Shown here: positions 49,673 to 61,293 of the stretch, one piece after another
Position numbering within the stretch: position 1 is the stretch's first letter
Layout of the letters: every line of letters begins with the position of its first letter
Assembly (NCBI GenBank): GCA_963790205.1
Contig: CAWBNQ010000010.1
Location: forward strand, 1-64,000
DNA: 64,000 bases
Direction: 5' to 3'
Source of the DNA: Nitrospirota bacterium
GTDB lineage: Bacteria; Nitrospirota; UBA9217
Translations under genes and position numbers: made by a program
Notes under the pieces: model-generated
Seen by the model: only the letters and a program-made list of their open reading frames with translations
Told to the model about the DNA's origin: nothing
Database searches by the model: none

Positions 49673-50974
49673 GGCTCTCCCGGGTTTAGCATGGATACAT
49701 GTCTAGCCCGCCGCAGTGAAAGTAAATTGCTGTCTTGAAGTGTTCCTTGTTCCGAAATCCGTAGGCCATCTTTTTGATTGTCTGTATCTTGCTGTTGAGC
49801 CCTTCGCTGACCGCATTCGTTATGCGGTGCTGAAGATAAGTCAGAACGTTAGCAATATGTCTTTTGATCGTTCCTGCTGCGTCAATGATTGGCTTCAACC
49901 TGCTGTGTGTTGCCCAGAAATACCACCGCTTCCAGAATTTCCTCGCTGACTCGGCATAGTTGTAATGCCACAACTTCCGAAACGTCTCCTTGATGGCCCA
50001 CGCGCGTCCTACCTTCAACTCAAGCTTTTGTAATGCGGCAAATTCCCTGCGGCGTTTCTCCGGAACGTTCTCCTTGCTGTACAGCCACAAGTACTTACTC
50101 CCCTTGAGCGTTTCGTCACCTTCTTTCATCCGCTGCCGATGTTCCTGCTTTCGTACCGTGTCTACCGCTTTCCCGAGGTAGCCCATAATGTGGAACCGGT
50201 CGAAAACGATCTTGCTCTCGGCACCAGGCACATGGGCACGCGTCGCCTCAAGGTAGGGCTCCCACATGTCCATTGCAACCGCCTCGAGGCCTTCTAATTG
50301 CTCCGGCGTCAGACTCTTGTAATAGCTCTCCAGACTGCTCTGTTTGCGGTCATCCTCGATGTGCTCTACCGTGCCTCCGTCTATATCGCTTACCAGCGTC
50401 AGGTATGTATGACCCTTGGCAATGGCTTTCTCATCGACGCCGATCCGGGGAACGACGCGGTCTTGTTTCCGAAGCTTTCCGCGCTCTACGGCGCGTTCCA
50501 TGAGGTTCCATGCTTCGTCCCAGCTTATCCGCAAGATCTTCGTGGCCCCGGTTATATCGCACTCCCGAAGAACATCTATGGCCAACCGCTCAAATAAAAC
50601 CGTGAATCGTGACTTCGGTTCCGCCCAAGGGACCCGAACCTGCAAAATCCCATGCTCTGCACACGTTATGCGGGGAATACGCGCATGCAAGTACGTCTTG
50701 AACTGGCAACTGTCAAGGTGACGCCATAACCGCTCTTCGGCATGATCATAGACCGTCGACTCCTTCGAGCATTCCGGACAAGACCATACTGCGTCCTTCT
50801 CATGTTCCACCCATACATCTACCCGCTGCTGCTTTACATCCAGTTCAACTTGACTGACACTCCAGGGTGACTTCAATCCCAGCAATTGCTGATAAAGTCC
50901 GGTATCCTGCATGATCGCCTCCTCAGGCGACCATCCTATCACATATTTCTACCCACGGGAAAGCCGGAAGAATC
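49673..50974 (-). mobile_element. ISL3-family insertion sequence, copy 2, with 8-bp TSD AATTGTTA
   Basis: AATTGTTA at 49665-49672 and 50975-50982; same IRs as copy 1. Confidence 0.97.
49686..50912 (-). CDS. ISL3-family transposase
   Basis: As copy 1, with one amino-acid difference seen (YLWLY vs YLWPY). Confidence 0.95.
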   Translation of the reverse strand: MQDTGLYQQLLGLKSPWSVSQVELDVKQQRVDVWVEHEKDAVWSCPECSKESTVYDHAEERLWRHLDSCQFKTYLHARIPRITCAEHGILQVRVPWAEPKSRFTVLFERLAIDVLRECDITGATKILRISWDEAWNLMERAVERGKLRKQDRVVPRIGVDEKAIAKGHTYLTLVSDIDGGTVEHIEDDRKQSSLESYYKSLTPEQLEGLEAVAMDMWEPYLEATRAHVPGAESKIVFDRFHIMGYLGKAVDTVRKQEHRQRMKEGDETLKGSKYLWLYSKENVPEKRRREFAALQKLELKVGRAWAIKETFRKLWHYNYAESARKFWKRWYFWATHSRLKPIIDAAGTIKRHIANVLTYLQHRITNAVSEGLNSKIQTIKKMAYGFRNKEHFKTAIYFHCGGLDMYPC

Positions 50975-50999
50975 AATTGTTAATCTGAGCGAAGCATCG

Positions 51000-51773
51000 C
51001 TAATATTTAATAATAAAATTCACCCCCAAGCTCTGCGGCTCTGTTGTATGGCCTGTGCGAGGAGTGCCATTTGTACCATCAGTAATGGGTGCTGTCACTG
51101 TAAGCGTACTTTCACCCTTAAGTGCAAGGCCATAATAGGCATATGATCCTGAAGAATCGTGAACTACGTTGGTATTATTTGTAAGGTTGTGATAATGTCC
51201 TTGAAATTGGTCTTGATTGTATGCGCCAAGCATGCCGCTATAGAAGTTCCCCGATGCATCTTGCCCTGCCGCTCTATTTGTCGTTCCCGCGCCTTTTGGG
51301 AAAATACCTCGGAAATCGGGAAGGTTAAAAGTAGTAGAACCGTCCCCCGCGCCGTAGGTCGTGCCGATGACGGTGAACAAATTCGCGTAGGTCGTTCTCG
51401 ACACCGCCGCTCCGTCACACAGGAGCCAGCCGGCCGGCGCCGCTTGACCGCCGAACATGGAAATAACCCCCGAAAGCGAGGGAAAGGCTGTGGCCGCGCC
51501 TGTTTGCACGGAACCGTCGGGGAACATGATTCCGCCCGTGGTTGATTGAATGACGCCGTTCACGGTAAGTGGCTGACTTGGCGATGATGTTCCGATGCCG
51601 ACATTGCCATCCACGATCATGCTTCCGTTGATCTCCGCCTTGCCTGCCGGTGTGGACGTGCCAACCCCGAGATTGCCGTTCACGATGAGGTCGCCGTTTG
51701 CCGCATAAAGAATTTCTGCAAAAATTAATATTCCTGCCAATGCTGCAGTTCCCATCAACAGTCTGATTTTCAT
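51000..51773 (-). CDS. Exported protein with a phage tail-collar domain
   Basis: Signal peptide; GNVGIGT..P repeats; PAGWLLCDG..VSR..Y..LF..IG..YG..GDGSTTFNLPD; ends FIIKY. Confidence 0.85.
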   Translation of the reverse strand: MKIRLLMGTAALAGILIFAEILYAANGDLIVNGNLGVGTSTPAGKAEINGSMIVDGNVGIGTSSPSQPLTVNGVIQSTTGGIMFPDGSVQTGAATAFPSLSGVISMFGGQAAPAGWLLCDGAAVSRTTYANLFTVIGTTYGAGDGSTTFNLPDFRGIFPKGAGTTNRAAGQDASGNFYSGMLGAYNQDQFQGHYHNLTNNTNVVHDSSGSYAYYGLALKGESTLTVTAPITDGTNGTPRTGHTTEPQSLGVNFIIKY

Positions 51774-51929
51774 TGTCTCCTCCTCAAATTGTGAATTTTT
51801 CAGCGGCATGTTGCGCTGCACTTATTTTCCATAAATATATTTAATGCCAATCGCGATCAGAGAGTGAGGCTTTTCTCTTGACAACGAGCTTTAAAATGGA
51901 TGCCCCCTGGACCTTCAGGGTCTCATTTT

Positions 51930-52415
51930 TCAGGGCTGACCCTTTACGGTCCCTGGCAACTCAATAAGCCGGCATTTTTGCAAAATTTCCAACGCCGCGT
52001 CTCTTGGAACTGAAGTAATGAAATAAACAGGGGTCCCGTAGGTTACAAATAGTCCCGGGCTAGTACTCACAAAACCAGCCCAATAACGAATATAGTATGT
52101 TCTGTCTCCCTGCAAATTAAACGTGTTTTCAACGTACAATTTGGAATTCCGGGAAACTGCAAAATTGTAAGTTCCAGGATCAAGAATCAACAAATGATAT
52201 CCTTTGTTCTGTAGCGGTAAAGCATTCCCTCCATTTATTCTTAAATCTAAGGTCCATACGCTACCAGTGCTACTATTTCGAAAAAAATAAACCACCGCTT
52301 TTCCCTTATGCTCCTCCAACGGAACTTCATGAAACAAGGAACCGGTCGCGACAGAACAACCAATAATACTATTTGCAAAAAAAACAACTATTAATAAAAT
52401 ATGGTTCATCTTCAT
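51930..52415 (-). CDS. DUF2846-like lipoprotein (immunity position after the Rhs tip)
   Basis: IIGC lipobox; KAVVYFFR...LDPGTY...TYYIR. Confidence 0.75.
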   Translation of the reverse strand: MKMNHILLIVVFFANSIIGCSVATGSLFHEVPLEEHKGKAVVYFFRNSSTGSVWTLDLRINGGNALPLQNKGYHLLILDPGTYNFAVSRNSKLYVENTFNLQGDRTYYIRYWAGFVSTSPGLFVTYGTPVYFITSVPRDAALEILQKCRLIELPGTVKGQP

Positions 52416-52421
52416 TTTTCG

Positions 52422-55400
52422 TTAATCTCCCATTTCATTAACGGTCAATGAATTGACCACGGGTAATGTTTCATTTTTTGAATTAGAATAAGTTAAATTC
52501 GAGTTCGCCTGCCCGCCAGTTGCATTTTGGGTTTTCTTAATTGGCGAACTTGTTAAACCACTTAGCAAACCACTTCCGACTGACCAGAGCAAGCGCCATT
52601 CGTTGGGGTTAATCGATGAAGGCCCTGGAAAAAATATATTCCAAAGTTCCTTGCCATATGGTGCAACATATGGTTCAGCATATCCCACACTGCCGCCAAA
52701 AATGGCGCTATATAAGCCGCTTGAGAGCATTGTATCAACATTTCCATTCCCGCCCGCATAGCCAGTAGCAACCCCGGATCCGAAACCTCTGATCGCGCCT
52801 TCAGCTATATTTGCTACGTCCGATCCTTCACCTATGGCGCCGTAAGCCTCTCCACCTAAATAGCCGGTCACACCACCTACGACACCTCCGACAACCACGC
52901 CATGAAGGAAATTCCCCCCAGATCGATAAGCGCTAATGCCCCCGGCTATTTCTCCAGCTAATGCACTTACGTACGCGCTTTCTACCGCATCCGCCGCCAC
53001 ACCGCCTGCCACCCCTCCGCACCCATCACAGTACCACGTTGCCACAGCAGTACCAATAATAATTTCATCTCCAAGAATATAGCTCCCAGTCTTGGACTTC
53101 GTCAACTCATATGAACCATATATTGGCTCCACACCCTGAATCAATAATTCCCCGACCCAGGTTGAAAACAGGTTTGAAAAGAAATCTCCCCAGTGCATAT
53201 GCCCTGTGGGGTCGGTGTAAATCATCGGGTTATTGAGCACGTAACTGTACCTGTTGAGCGATTGCGGATTCGACGGGTCATTCACAAGTGAATCCGCGCT
53301 GATGAACCTGCCGAGCGCCGGGTTATAGAATCTTGCATTGTAGTTATACAGCCCGGTCTCCGCGTCAAACTCCTGCGCCGTGTACTTATGGTTTACGGGA
53401 ATACCCCCCGCGTCAAAGTACGTTGCTCCAAACGGCAGGTAGTGCACCTGGTCCACTGAGTTGTCCGGATACCCGGATACGAGGAGCTCGAAGTTTTGGA
53501 TGGTTAGCGAGCCCGCGTTGTCGCTCACCATGCCCACAAGCTCCGACCTTCCAGCTTGGCTCGTATAGGTGCAGTCGTAACCGCCGCTGAGCGTTACGGA
53601 GACGCCGTTGCTCAAATTGAGGTTTTCGATGAAGTTCCCGGCCATGGTCTGGATAACGTCGCCGTCCGACGCAGCGTCATAGGCCGCCTGGATCGTGGAG
53701 AAATACTGCGGCGTGGCCCCGGCGATTCGGACAGGCTGGTTGGAACATTGACCGTCCTGAACCGCCCCGACCTGACTGACGTCCTGGGTGCTTCCGAGAT
53801 GGTCGTCGTGATAGTATAAAACAGCGGTGCCGGTCTTCATGGCCACCCGCGTGTCTCCGGCAAAAATGTACTTGGTGCAGTTCTCCGCCATGCACTCGTA
53901 GAACTTTCCAAAGTAGATGTCGTCGCCAAGAGATGTGGTCTTCTTGACCCGCGTGTCCGCCCCGTCGTACACGAAGCTTGTGGTCGCGCTGTTTACGGTC
54001 ACGGACTGGGGCATGTTGTCGTAATCGTAGGAGATTGTCCTAATCCCATCCGAGATCATGTTGCCGTTTGCATCATAGGTATAGGCCCCTCCGTCCGAGG
54101 TGGATTTTACGGCATGGGGCTTTGGGCCGGTGTAGTCGTACGTTACACCCTCTTTCATCGTAATATTGCCTGCAGGAGAATAGTTATACCAGAGAGCGCC
54201 GTAGCTCTGGCTCTGCGCTTCCTGGATGCGGTTGTGCTCGTCATACCAGAACGACTGGGTATTCGCGCCGTTAACGTTGTCCACGATGTCTCTGATGCTT
54301 CCGCCGGGATTATAGTCATACGCGAGACTCATGATGGTCTGGTTCGCGTTTCCCGTGACGATTGATTGGAGGCGTTTGTTCGTGGAGTAATACTGGTAAG
54401 CGGTAGTGACGCCGTTGCCGTAGGTGATGGTCCCCGGCTGGCCGACGGCATTATAGTTATCATAGATCGCGTATGGCGAGCCCGCAGAGTTAATGGCTGC
54501 AGCAAGAGCGCCGGCATTATAAGCATAGCTCACCGTTTCGGTATCGGGATACGTAAGACTTGCGATTCTTCCAAGAGCATCGTATGACATCTTAAAATCG
54601 TATCTTGTCGAGCCTATGATTTTCGACGTTCCGGTCGACCTTCCGAGCTGGTCATAGTAATAGTTAGTCGTTCCCGATGCGTCGGACATTGTCGACAACC
54701 TGCCTATGGGATACGTGGGCATGGTGGAATCAGGCGCAACGTCGTACGTATAGACCACGTCGCTGCCCGTGGGATAATGTTTTCTGACAGGCCTGTTCAG
54801 CGGGTCGTAGTTGAATGTTATGGTCTGGACTTTGGCGTCCGTCTGGGAGACAAGGTTGCCGTTGGCGTCGTAGAAATACGTCCAGTCGTTTCCGTTGGGA
54901 CCGCTCATGTCTGGATCGTGCATGAAGACTTTGCGGCCGAGGTGGTCGTAGCGCATCTCGGCCTGGTTGCCTTCCGCATCCGTCACGAAGCGCAGGCTTC
55001 CGAGCACGTCGTACTGATATGTGGTCGTTGCGTAGGAAGTAAGGGCATCGGTCGTGCAGGAGGAAAACGGCCCGGTATATTCTTCGACCTTGACGAGTTT
55101 GCCCTGCTCGTTTTTCGTTATGCGCTTGCGGTGCTGATCAGGATCGATGGACACTGTAACACCGTTGTAGTAGCATATGCTTGCGCTGCTGCCGTCAGGC
55201 GCGGTCATAGTCATCGCACGGCCCATCGCATCATACGTATAGCTAACCCATTGCGAAGTTTCTACCCCGTCAAAATAGGGCAGTGAAGTCTGAGACACCG
55301 TGCCGGTCGAATTATATTTCGTTTGGAATGCTATTATGTTCCCGTCCGGGCCGGCGCTTTTTTCTGCAATGGTCCTGCCGAGCCCGTCGAAATAGGACCA

Positions 55401-58400
55401 CGTCGAAAGTCCGGCGGCGTTCGTGGTTTGGACGTTTTGCGATCCGACAGCGCCAATGATGTTGTACCCCCAGGTCGTCGAGGTGCCATCAGGCAGGATC
55501 ACTTTAGTCTTTCTGCCGAGGGCATCATATTGCATAGTCGTGGTTGCGTAGTTGGAGTCTGTAGAACTTTTCACCTGACCATAAAGACCGGTATCTGTCT
55601 GGACGCCATCCACACCGTAATACGACGTCTTTTCCTGCTGACCGAGCGGGTTTGTTACAACCAGGGGGAACGTGAATGATCCGTCATAGGTTATTATCGA
55701 TGGCGAATTCCCATTGGAGTCTCTCATACAGCTGACGTTTCCGTAGCCGTAGGGATCATACGCCATCCGAACATCGGGGTCGTGTGTTCCGTCCAGCCAG
55801 CGGACGATACGGGTGAGATTGCCTGGTGCAGGGACTTGATTCGAGGAGGCGGTATTACAGTCCGTTGTTCCGTCATAGTAGTACGTCGTTGTTGATGCTT
55901 TTTTTTGTTGGATCAAGGTTTGCAGTGTCGACCCCGGGGTAAGTCCCTTGATAGATCGTTTCACTTGCAGGCTTGTTCAAAATCCAGGCAGTGTTATTGA
56001 GAGCGTAACTTGTGACGATTGTCAAGTCGTCCGTCGGGTCGGCCAGATCGCCGTACCGGTCTTCGCGGAGATCATTGCCGTTGGTATTGTCATAGGTATA
56101 GACAGTCTGTATGTGCTGGGCAGAAGGGTTGCCCGCGCATGCGCCGGAGATTTTACCGTCGCAATTATAGATGTCCACCTGAAGAGGCGGATTGAAGTAA
56201 GGGGCGTAACCATCCGCATCAGCGGCATATGCAGTCGTCGTTTCCGTATATATTGCACTGCTCTGCGCGTCCGAAACTCGCGTGCGATAGGGGTTGCCCT
56301 TCATGTAGCCGATACTTCCCGAGGGGTCATTTGAATCAACCGCGATATCGTTGCCCTGGTGGAACCAAGTTTCCGATACTTCCTGCTCTCCATTCGGTCC
56401 GGCCTGCCCGGTGACCTTGACGTAGTTGAATCCTCTGAAATCGCGTTCGCCCGTGTGGTAATATCCGCCGGAATAGGTATAGGCTGTACTGGAAATCACG
56501 CCATTTCCATCATCAGAGGTCACGGAACTAACTGTTTGAACGGGAAACGGCAATTGAGTATTTTGGTACTGAGTGGAGGAACTGTATGCAATTGTTTTGG
56601 AGCCTCCGATTCCATTTTGAATGGACGTCAAAAGATCGGGAAGACCGCTCCCATCAACTATTGCCGTGTTCCACGTGCCGGAACTGGCCGCGGTCTCGCA
56701 CCAGAAATCCGTCTTGCTGTCGCCGTTCAGGTCGCCCATGAAGCAGTGGTCACTCACTGGCGATCCTGTTATTGGACCGCTCCATTGCGAGGTAGTCCAG
56801 TCGCTGCCGGTTGAAAATGCAACGTTCCACAGACCGGAACTGGCCGCGGTCTCACACCAGAAATCCGTCTTACCGTCGCCGTTGAGATCACTCATAATAC
56901 ACAGGTTGGATACCGGAAGTCCGGTCGAGGGGCCGCTCCATTGATTGGTCGCCCAGCTGCTGCCGGTTGAAAATGCAACGTTCCAGAGACCGGAACTGGC
57001 CGCGGTCTCGCACCAAAAATCTGTTTTCCCGTCTCCATTGATATCGCCGGTAAAGCACGACTTGCCAACCGGTGATCCCACCTGCGGGCCACTCCACTGC
57101 GAGGTAGTCCAGGCATAGCCGATTGACAACGCCACGTTCCACAGGCCGGAACTGGCCGCGGTCTCGCACCATAAATCCGTCTTGCCGTCACCGTTCAGGT
57201 CGCCGGTAAAGCACAGGTTGCTCACCGGCCATCCCGCCTTCGGGCCGCTCCACTGAGACATCCCCCAGCCGCTACCGTTTAAAACTGCAACCATCCACAG
57301 ACCGGAACTGGCCGCGGTCTCGCACCAGAAATCCGCCTTCCCGTCACCGTTCAGGTCGCCTATGAAGCATTGGTTACTCACTGGCGATCCCGTTATTGGA
57401 CCCCACCATTGCGAGGTAGCCCAGCCGCTGCCGGTTGAAAATGCAACGTTCCAGAGACCGGAACTGGCCGCGGTCTCGCACCAGAAATCCGTCTTGCCGT
57501 CGCCATCAAGGTCGCCGGTAAAACACAGGTCGCTCACCGGCGAAGCTACTTTCGGACCGTTCCACTGTTCGGTCGTCCAAGTGCTGCCCGCTGACAGCGC
57601 CACGTTCCACAGACCGGAACTTGACGCGGTCTCGCACCAGAAATCCATATTGCCATCACCGTTGAGGTCGCCGGTGAAGCAAAGGTTGTATACGGGAAAG
57701 CCCGCTTTCAAGCCTGTATTTTGTTGGTTCGACCAGCTATCTGCCCCCATCTGCGTGCCGAAGGTAATTGCTGGAAGAGCGCTGCCGCCTGGTATTAATC
57801 CGCTTGACGGATCAACCGCTGCATCCGATCCAAACTGCTGCACACTGGAGAGCACACTGCGTCCGGTGCTCGAACTGTATGGCAGATAATTGAGCTGGTA
57901 TGCCCTCACTCGGCTGCCATTAGCAAATACATCAATCGCCTTGAGCCGGTAGGCTGTTGTGACTTTAAAATTGATCGTGTACATGTCAGGGGCATCAGTC
58001 CGGCTCTCGCGGTAAAATTTTACATAATTCGTTGTTCCAGCCCCATTCAGATTGCCCGTGTAATCAATTTGGTCAAGATATATCTCTCCCTGGTCCTTGA
58101 AATAAGAGAGGGTCATATAATTACCGTTCGCATCTACGACCTGGTTTAGACACCACTTGAAGATTTGCGTACCCGAGGGATCGTCCTGCCGAGAGGCTGC
58201 AGTCTGTCCGTAGAAATAGCTCACTCCCGACTTATCCGTAATTTGCCAATAGATTTTACCATCTGTGGCCGTGAGTTTTTGTATTCTGTCGAATTTTCCT
58301 TCTATTTGTGCATGATAGAGTCCGCTTGCGTCGGCTATGAGCTCTATAGCCGATCCGGCTTTGCGAAGAATGTATTGGCTTGCAGCGTTGTCGTTATAAT

Positions 58401-58782
58401 TGACGCCGAATCTCGCGCCCCGCTCTATAGCACCCACTTCCAAATCCCAGCCTACTCCCACCCAACCATTGCCATTACTACTGTTGTAGCTAAGCGCAAG
58501 GCTCGGTTCCATGCCATGCCGTCCGCTTGGAACTTCAATAGGAATTCCGTAGATCATAGTGCCGGTAAACAGACCAGGCGTCACTGCGCCAATAGGTGTA
58601 ACAGAGCCGCCTCCTGCGGTAAAACCTCCGACATTTCCATCGCTCCCGCTGCCTCCGGAGGGGGGTATGAGGACTCCAGCAGCAACGTTGCTGGTGATTG
58701 CGTGGCAATTCATAGCGGTGAAGTGGATAATAAAAACACTAAGAGCGAAAATCAAGATGATTTTTTTCTTCGCCTTGGCCAT
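52422..58782 (-). CDS. SpvB/TcdB-like + FG-GAP + YD/RHS repeat protein with a variable C-terminus; frameshift near 55900
   Basis: Signal peptide; IEVPSGR..P.L.L.Y.S..GNG..G.GW; ERDFRGF; YD repeats; ARFYNP..GRFIS.D; NNP..YTDPTG. Confidence 0.88.
56670..57700 (-). repeat. Seven tandem 156-bp (52-aa) FG-GAP/VCBS repeats
   Basis: CFxGDLNGDGKTDFWCETAASSGLWNVA x7; the nucleotide motif recurs every 156 bp. Confidence 0.92.
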
Positions 58783-58919
58783 GATACTCTCCTCCTCATG
58801 CAAAGTTATTCGGTTTTAAAGCTTGAGTTAAATACCGTGCTCGCTATGACGACCTACGGGGTATCCTTTTCCCGCATGAGAACCGACGGGATCACGAGAT
58901 AACAAAGATAAGTATTTTA

Positions 58920-59501
58920 TTATCCTTGGCCTCCTGGAGGTTTGTTGGGTGGCCTCATCCCCCCCGGGGTCATACCAGGCTGACCGGACTTGGGGGTACA
59001 TACAAACTGCCACTCGCTGTACTTGGTCTTTCCTTCAAAATCCTTGTCCTGATCAGGAAAGTTGGCCTGCTTAAGCGGCTTTTTATCGCTCGGACTGTAT
59101 ACGCCGTTGATGCGGTTCGTCAGGGGATCGCGAATTTCCGAGAAATCCTTTCCGGTGATCGGGTCATTGTACTTTTGGCGAAGGTGGCGTTTCATCGCGC
59201 CGGTCCTTTTGTCCTGGACCAGGTCGTCGATGCTTTGGGGGTATTCCGTCCGCCCGGGTATGGCCTTCACGTATCGCTCGATGGCAGATCGGTACTGGTC
59301 GCCGCGAAAAAGGAGTTCTTGTTCCTTTTCGCGGAGCGAGATATTCGACCAATACTTGCCCGCGGCGCCAAGTGATATCCCGATGATGACGATCGCGACA
59401 AGAAGAGCGAGGTAAGCGAAACCTCGATCATTCACATGACGATTGGCCGCTATTTGACTTTTGATTTTTGATAAAAACATGTCACTGTACTTTTGAAGCA
59501 A
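58920..59501 (-). CDS. Type II secretion pseudopilin-like protein (start uncertain)
   Basis: RGFAYLALLVAIVII prepilin-like N-terminus; REKEQELLFRG.Q..AI, RHLR..Y.DP.TG. Confidence 0.82.
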   Translation of the reverse strand: MLQKYSDMFLSKIKSQIAANRHVNDRGFAYLALLVAIVIIGISLGAAGKYWSNISLREKEQELLFRGDQYRSAIERYVKAIPGRTEYPQSIDDLVQDKRTGAMKRHLRQKYNDPITGKDFSEIRDPLTNRINGVYSPSDKKPLKQANFPDQDKDFEGKTKYSEWQFVCTPKSGQPGMTPGGMRPPNKPPGGQG

Positions 59502-60411
59502 CCTGCGCTTTTTTTCGCATTTGCCTCAACGGTAACAATTTAAAACCAAAACGTCAATCGGGGAAACCCTGATATTTAGCTTCGAAAAACCTGAGAACAC
59601 TTTGTTGCAGAAATCCATGGCCCGCCCCGCGTGCCGGGCGGCAAGTTGGTAGCTGATGGCAGCCGCAGCGATGCTGTTGGTCTCGGGTGTTTCGGCGATC
59701 TATTTCAGAAATCGGTGAAGGGCCAGCCTTATTCGTCATCCCCGAAAGGGACAGACTGGAAGCGCGAGACGAAAATCATTGACTATTCGATTGAAGAATA
59801 CGACATGAAGTGTACAAGTTCGGCAAGATGCAACTGTCGCGGAGTACAGGAAGACAATGTCATTAAGAACTTCTACAGAAAATAATTACTCTTCGATGTC
59901 GTCCTGGTCCTCGAAGGCACCTACTATCATGCAGTGGCGAGCGCGGATGGGGCACCATTGCTCACGCAGTTCTGCGCTCGCAACCAAGATAGGCCAGCCA
60001 TGAGGTGATTCCAGCCGAAATAGTCTTTACCATATCGTCTGGTACCCGCAAGCGTGACGTACTCAGCCAGCTGGTGTCGCGGCGCTTAGTTTACGGGTTC
60101 TTTAGGAATCTCAAATAGAAGGCTGCAAACACCAAGACAATACCGATGTTCACTATCAGCCGTTCCCATAATCGATTCTTAAAGAACAGTAAATCTACAC
60201 TAACGACAACTGCTATCATCACCAGAATGTAAAGCACGACAGACATGTTTCTTGTCATTTCAATCACCAGTTCAAATATATCAACAGCCGCTTACCCATG
60301 GAGTTGCAGGATTTGCCTCAACATCCTCTTGCGGCTGTTCCTGTTCTCGACAGCCAAAAGACTCACCAGGAAGACATGCGGAGCATAAAATGTTGGATTT
60401 CAAGCGTATCC

Positions 60412-61059
60412 TCAATCGTCTGGCCCTCGGTGGGCCGTGGCGTCTTCATCGACCCAGTTCTCCTCGGTGTAGGACATACCTTTGCGCCCCGGAACTTTCC
60501 GGGCGGGTCCGGGCTGGTAAAAGGGGCAGCTTTTCGGGCCGTAACAGAAGGTTTCGAACCGGTACTGCTTCTTTGACGGATTCCACTGATCGATGCTCAT
60601 ATCCACTGGCATACGGCAGCCCCAGATGCAGGTCGTGCATTTGGCGTCGAAGGTCCTCGTGTCCAGGCGACGGTGTCCGCGGCTGCGATAGGTTTCCAGG
60701 TCAGGAGGCGCGCTTAGAAACGGAGGCCCGACAGGACCATCACCCTCGGCAGCCTTGACGAGCTTAATTCCGCTCGTCTTGTAGAAATCCGCTGTTTCTT
60801 TCCGTGGATCATCGACTCGGACTGATTGCCCCTCTAATTCCATGCCGGTTTGAAACCGATGCTTCTCATGCGCACCTTCACCGACCGCGATCAAAAATTC
60901 GCCGGTTTGCTCTCCACAAGTCCCGTCGATGCGAAGCACATACCCGAGGTAACTGTGACTGCGTTGATCGAAGGACCTCATAAGCCGGATGCGAGGTTGA
61001 ACAGCCACGACACGGCCCGACCACGATATTTTCTCCGCGCTTGCCATTGCGCCGATCAT
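60412..61059 (-). CDS. Conserved-looking hypothetical protein with a Cys-rich C-terminus
   Basis: CTTCIWGC...FCYGPKSC. Confidence 0.7.
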   Translation of the reverse strand: MIGAMASAEKISWSGRVVAVQPRIRLMRSFDQRSHSYLGYVLRIDGTCGEQTGEFLIAVGEGAHEKHRFQTGMELEGQSVRVDDPRKETADFYKTSGIKLVKAAEGDGPVGPPFLSAPPDLETYRSRGHRRLDTRTFDAKCTTCIWGCRMPVDMSIDQWNPSKKQYRFETFCYGPKSCPFYQPGPARKVPGRKGMSYTEENWVDEDATAHRGPDD

Positions 61060-61075
61060 CAGCCTCTATCAATTG

Positions 61076-61110
61076 AGTCAAGACCGCCGGCTACGCCGGT
61101 GGTCTTGACT
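61076..61110. repeat. 15-bp hairpin (REP-like)
   Basis: AGTCAAGACCGCCGG-CTACG-CCGGTGGTCTTGACT. Confidence 0.7.
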
Positions 61111-61293
61111 GAAATGTTTAATCGGAAGTCTACACTACTTTCTGAAGTTCACACTCATCGGACTCTCAGTTCATTGTAGGTTTCATTCGAAAAGATGGAA
61201 TGGTGGCCACGACCTGATATTATTTCATGAAATTCTAAAATTCTCCGGAAAAAAGAAGGCGGGATTTCTCCCGCCTCCAGCTCTTCTCCGACA

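Noticed and set aside
37051..50974. Composite transposon formed by the two ISL3 copies
   Set aside because: Copy 2 has its own perfect 8-bp TSD, the outer flanks do not match, and the enclosed genes are mostly housekeeping.
51000..51773. Prophage inferred from the tail-collar domain
   Set aside because: The protein has a signal peptide and no other phage structural genes are present.
56670..57700. CRISPR-like array (regularly spaced near-identical motifs)
   Set aside because: The period is 156 bp, in frame within a CDS, the 'spacers' are homologous to each other, and no cas genes are present.
59550..60400. Short ORF fragments between the pseudopilin and the hypothetical gene
   Set aside because: No recognisable motifs; possibly decayed genes, but I cannot support a call.
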